Below are positions 62,556 through 64,000 of a DNA stretch of 64,000 nucleotides, piece after piece. Origin of the DNA: PVC group bacterium (GTDB taxonomy: Bacteria > Verrucomicrobiota > Kiritimatiellia > PWTM01). Below the pieces are notes generated by a model that was given only the letters and a program-made list of their open reading frames with translations, searched no databases and was not told where the DNA came from. The stretch is taken from NCBI GenBank assembly GCA_003563855.1, contig PWTM01000309.1, forward strand, positions 18,385 through 82,384, given 5' to 3'. Position numbers and translations under genes: made by a program. Numbering within the stretch: the first letter of the stretch is position 1; every line of letters begins with the position of its first letter.

Positions 62556-63104
62556 TCAGTCGTACTTGATCAGCTCGTAGGGCAGTTCCAGCGGCTTGCC
62601 GGTCAGCAGCGCCACGAGGGCCTGCCAGATCGCGTCCGCCGGCGGCGGACAGCCCTGCAGGTGGTAGTCGACCTTGACCACCTCGTGGCACGGGTAGACC
62701 TTGTCGAGCAGCAGCGGAAGGTCGGGGTCGTTCGGGATGTGGCCGGCCGGGTTGTGCACGGTCGGCCCCTTCAGGTAGGCCTCGTCGAGGCATTCCTTGA
62801 GCGGAACGGCGTTGCGCATCGCGGGGATGCCGCCGCAGATGGCGCATTCGCCAACGGAGACAAGCACGTCGCAGTGCTTGCGGAAGAGCTGCAGCACGCG
62901 GACGTTCTCCTCGTTGCAGCAGCCGCCTTCGACGAGCCCGACGGCGCAGCGGCCGGTGAACTCCTTCAGGTCGTTGATCGGCGACTTGTCGAACTCGATC
63001 AGCTCGATGAGCTCGAAGATCCGCTCGTCGATATCGAGGATCGACATGTGGCAGCCGAAGCAGCCGGCGAGCGATGCGGTCGCGACGCGGGGTTTGGCGG
63101 CCAT
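62556..63104 (-). CDS. [NiFe] hydrogenase small subunit, group 3 (HoxY-like)
   Basis: LAGCFGCHMS...GGCCNEEN...GECAICGG cysteine clusters. Confidence 0.8.
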   Translation of the reverse strand: MAAKPRVATASLAGCFGCHMSILDIDERIFELIELIEFDKSPINDLKEFTGRCAVGLVEGGCCNEENVRVLQLFRKHCDVLVSVGECAICGGIPAMRNAVPLKECLDEAYLKGPTVHNPAGHIPNDPDLPLLLDKVYPCHEVVKVDYHLQGCPPPADAIWQALVALLTGKPLELPYELIKYD

Positions 63105-63106
63105 GA

Positions 63107-63841
63107 TCAGTCCTCCTCTCCGGCGCCGGCGGCCGCGGCGGCCTTCGCCTCGATGTCCGATCCGATCGGATCGCGGTCGTAGGGTCGCTGGCCGATCGGG
63201 ACGCGGTAGCCTTCGCGCTTGCGCAGGATCGCCCCGACCGGGCAGACCTCCACCGCCCGGTCGGCGGCTTCGATGTCCGTGCCCCCCAACCCGTCCGCGG
63301 CGTTGAAGGCGATCCGCTTCTCCGGGCCGCGGCCGACGAACTGGAAGGCCGAGCGTCCATCGAGATCGCGCGAGGCCCGCACGCAGCGGCCGCAGAGAAT
63401 GCAGCGGTTGCGGTCGACCATGACGTCGGGATGCGAGGCGTCCACCTCCCGGACGGGGAACTGGTAGGGGTAGCGGGGCGAGAGCATGCCGAAGCGGTAC
63501 CCGAGGGCCTGGAGCTCGCAGCCGCCGCTGCGCTCACAGAACATGCAGAAGTGGTTGCCCTCGACGAAGAGCATCTCGATCAGCCGCTTCCGGTGCTCCT
63601 TCAGCTCGTCGGTCGCCGTGTCCACGACCATGCCGGGCGTGGCGGGCGTCGTGCAGGCCGACTGCGGGCGGCCGTTGACGAGCACCGTGCAGACCCGGCA
63701 GGAGCCGTGCGGCACGAGGTCCTTGTGCCCGCAGAGCCGCGGGATGTAGACCCCGGCAGCGTCGGCGGCCTGGAGGATCGTCCACCCCGGCTCGGCCTTC
63801 ACGGCCGTGTTGTCGATCGTCAGCGTGAACGTCTTGCTCAT
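63107..63841 (-). CDS. hydrogenase diaphorase iron-sulfur subunit (HoxU-like, NuoG-N-terminal type)
   Basis: 2Fe-2S CGHKDLVPHGSCRVC; 4Fe-4S CMFCERSGGCELQ and CILCGRCVRASRD. Confidence 0.75.
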   Translation of the reverse strand: MSKTFTLTIDNTAVKAEPGWTILQAADAAGVYIPRLCGHKDLVPHGSCRVCTVLVNGRPQSACTTPATPGMVVDTATDELKEHRKRLIEMLFVEGNHFCMFCERSGGCELQALGYRFGMLSPRYPYQFPVREVDASHPDVMVDRNRCILCGRCVRASRDLDGRSAFQFVGRGPEKRIAFNAADGLGGTDIEAADRAVEVCPVGAILRKREGYRVPIGQRPYDRDPIGSDIEAKAAAAAGAGEED

Positions 63842-64000
63842 CCTTCCCCCTCCCCGCCCGTGTACACCACCGATGCGCGGCCCGCCAGCCGCTCCGACTC
63901 CGCGAGCGCGCCGCGGATGTCGAAGGCGGGCAGGAACGCGTCGCCGCGGTCCGGCCCGAGCCGGGACTCGTAGAGGTCGCGGAACGCCTGCAGGCTCGAG
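63838..64000 (-). CDS. upstream hydrogenase-operon gene, C-terminal fragment (HoxF-like diaphorase subunit assumed from position only)
   Basis: In-frame reading ends ...RGDAFLPAFDIRGALAESERLAGRASVVYTGGEGEG*. Its TGA overlaps the hoxU-like ATG (ATGA). Confidence 0.35.
   Translation of the reverse strand, partial: SSLQAFRDLYESRLGPDRGDAFLPAFDIRGALAESERLAGRASVVYTGGEGEG

Noticed and set aside
60544-63537. 997-aa minus-strand ORF spanning the hydrogenase region
   Set aside because: Composite out-of-frame read-through. The recognisable hydrogenase subunits are in other frames. Only its last 177 codons (the maturation protease) are kept.

Overview
This is a high-GC (~70%) bacterial chromosomal window. 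The outer-membrane MipA-family gene marks it as Gram-negative. The ribosomal-protein peculiarities (no L30, extended S11/S12/EF-G) would fit a PVC-type lineage, but that is only a guess. Positions 1-30575, all on the minus strand, carry an almost complete ribosomal super-operon: rpoA, rpsD, rpsK, rpsM, rpmJ, infA, map, adk, secY, rplO, rpsE, rplR, rplF, rpsH, rpsZ, rplE, rplX, rplN, rpsQ, rpmC, rplP, rpsC, rplV, an orphan 174-aa ORF, rpsS, rplB, rplW, rplD, rplC, rpsJ, fusA, rpsG, rpsL, rpoC, rpoB, rplL, rplJ, rplA, rplK, nusG, secE, tRNA-Trp, rpmG, tuf and tRNA-Thr. No L30 gene is present. Positions 30576-40619 are an accessory block separating tRNA-Thr/tuf from tRNA-Gly. It holds a four-helix-bundle/topoisomerase-zinc-finger fusion gene full of 9-bp microsatellites, a secreted NPP-type phosphodiesterase, and a 1669-aa secreted multidomain carbohydrate esterase with a divergent XylR/AraC-type regulator. 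The esterase and regulator genes are flanked by copies of a composite GC-rich repeat. Positions 40787-49108 (minus) form a tightly coupled lipid-biosynthesis operon. Its genes are a FabZ-like dehydratase, a 4HBT thioesterase, a beta-ketoacyl synthase, a Cys-less KS-like/CLF-like partner, two class-B B12-binding radical-SAM enzymes, a GT2+DUF2062 glycosyltransferase, a MipA-family outer-membrane protein and an LPLAT acyltransferase. This operon is the best candidate for a novel system. The rest of the window holds creD, deoC, aceE-aceF translationally coupled to a truncated class-I HMG-CoA-reductase-like gene, a 177-bp-period tandem duplication, a flavodoxin, an FmdB zinc-ribbon gene, a repeat-dense intergenic region, a receiver-domain gene, and a group-3 [NiFe] hydrogenase cluster (hoxF partial, hoxU, small, large, maturation protease). 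No CRISPR array, rRNA gene, integrase or transposase was seen.
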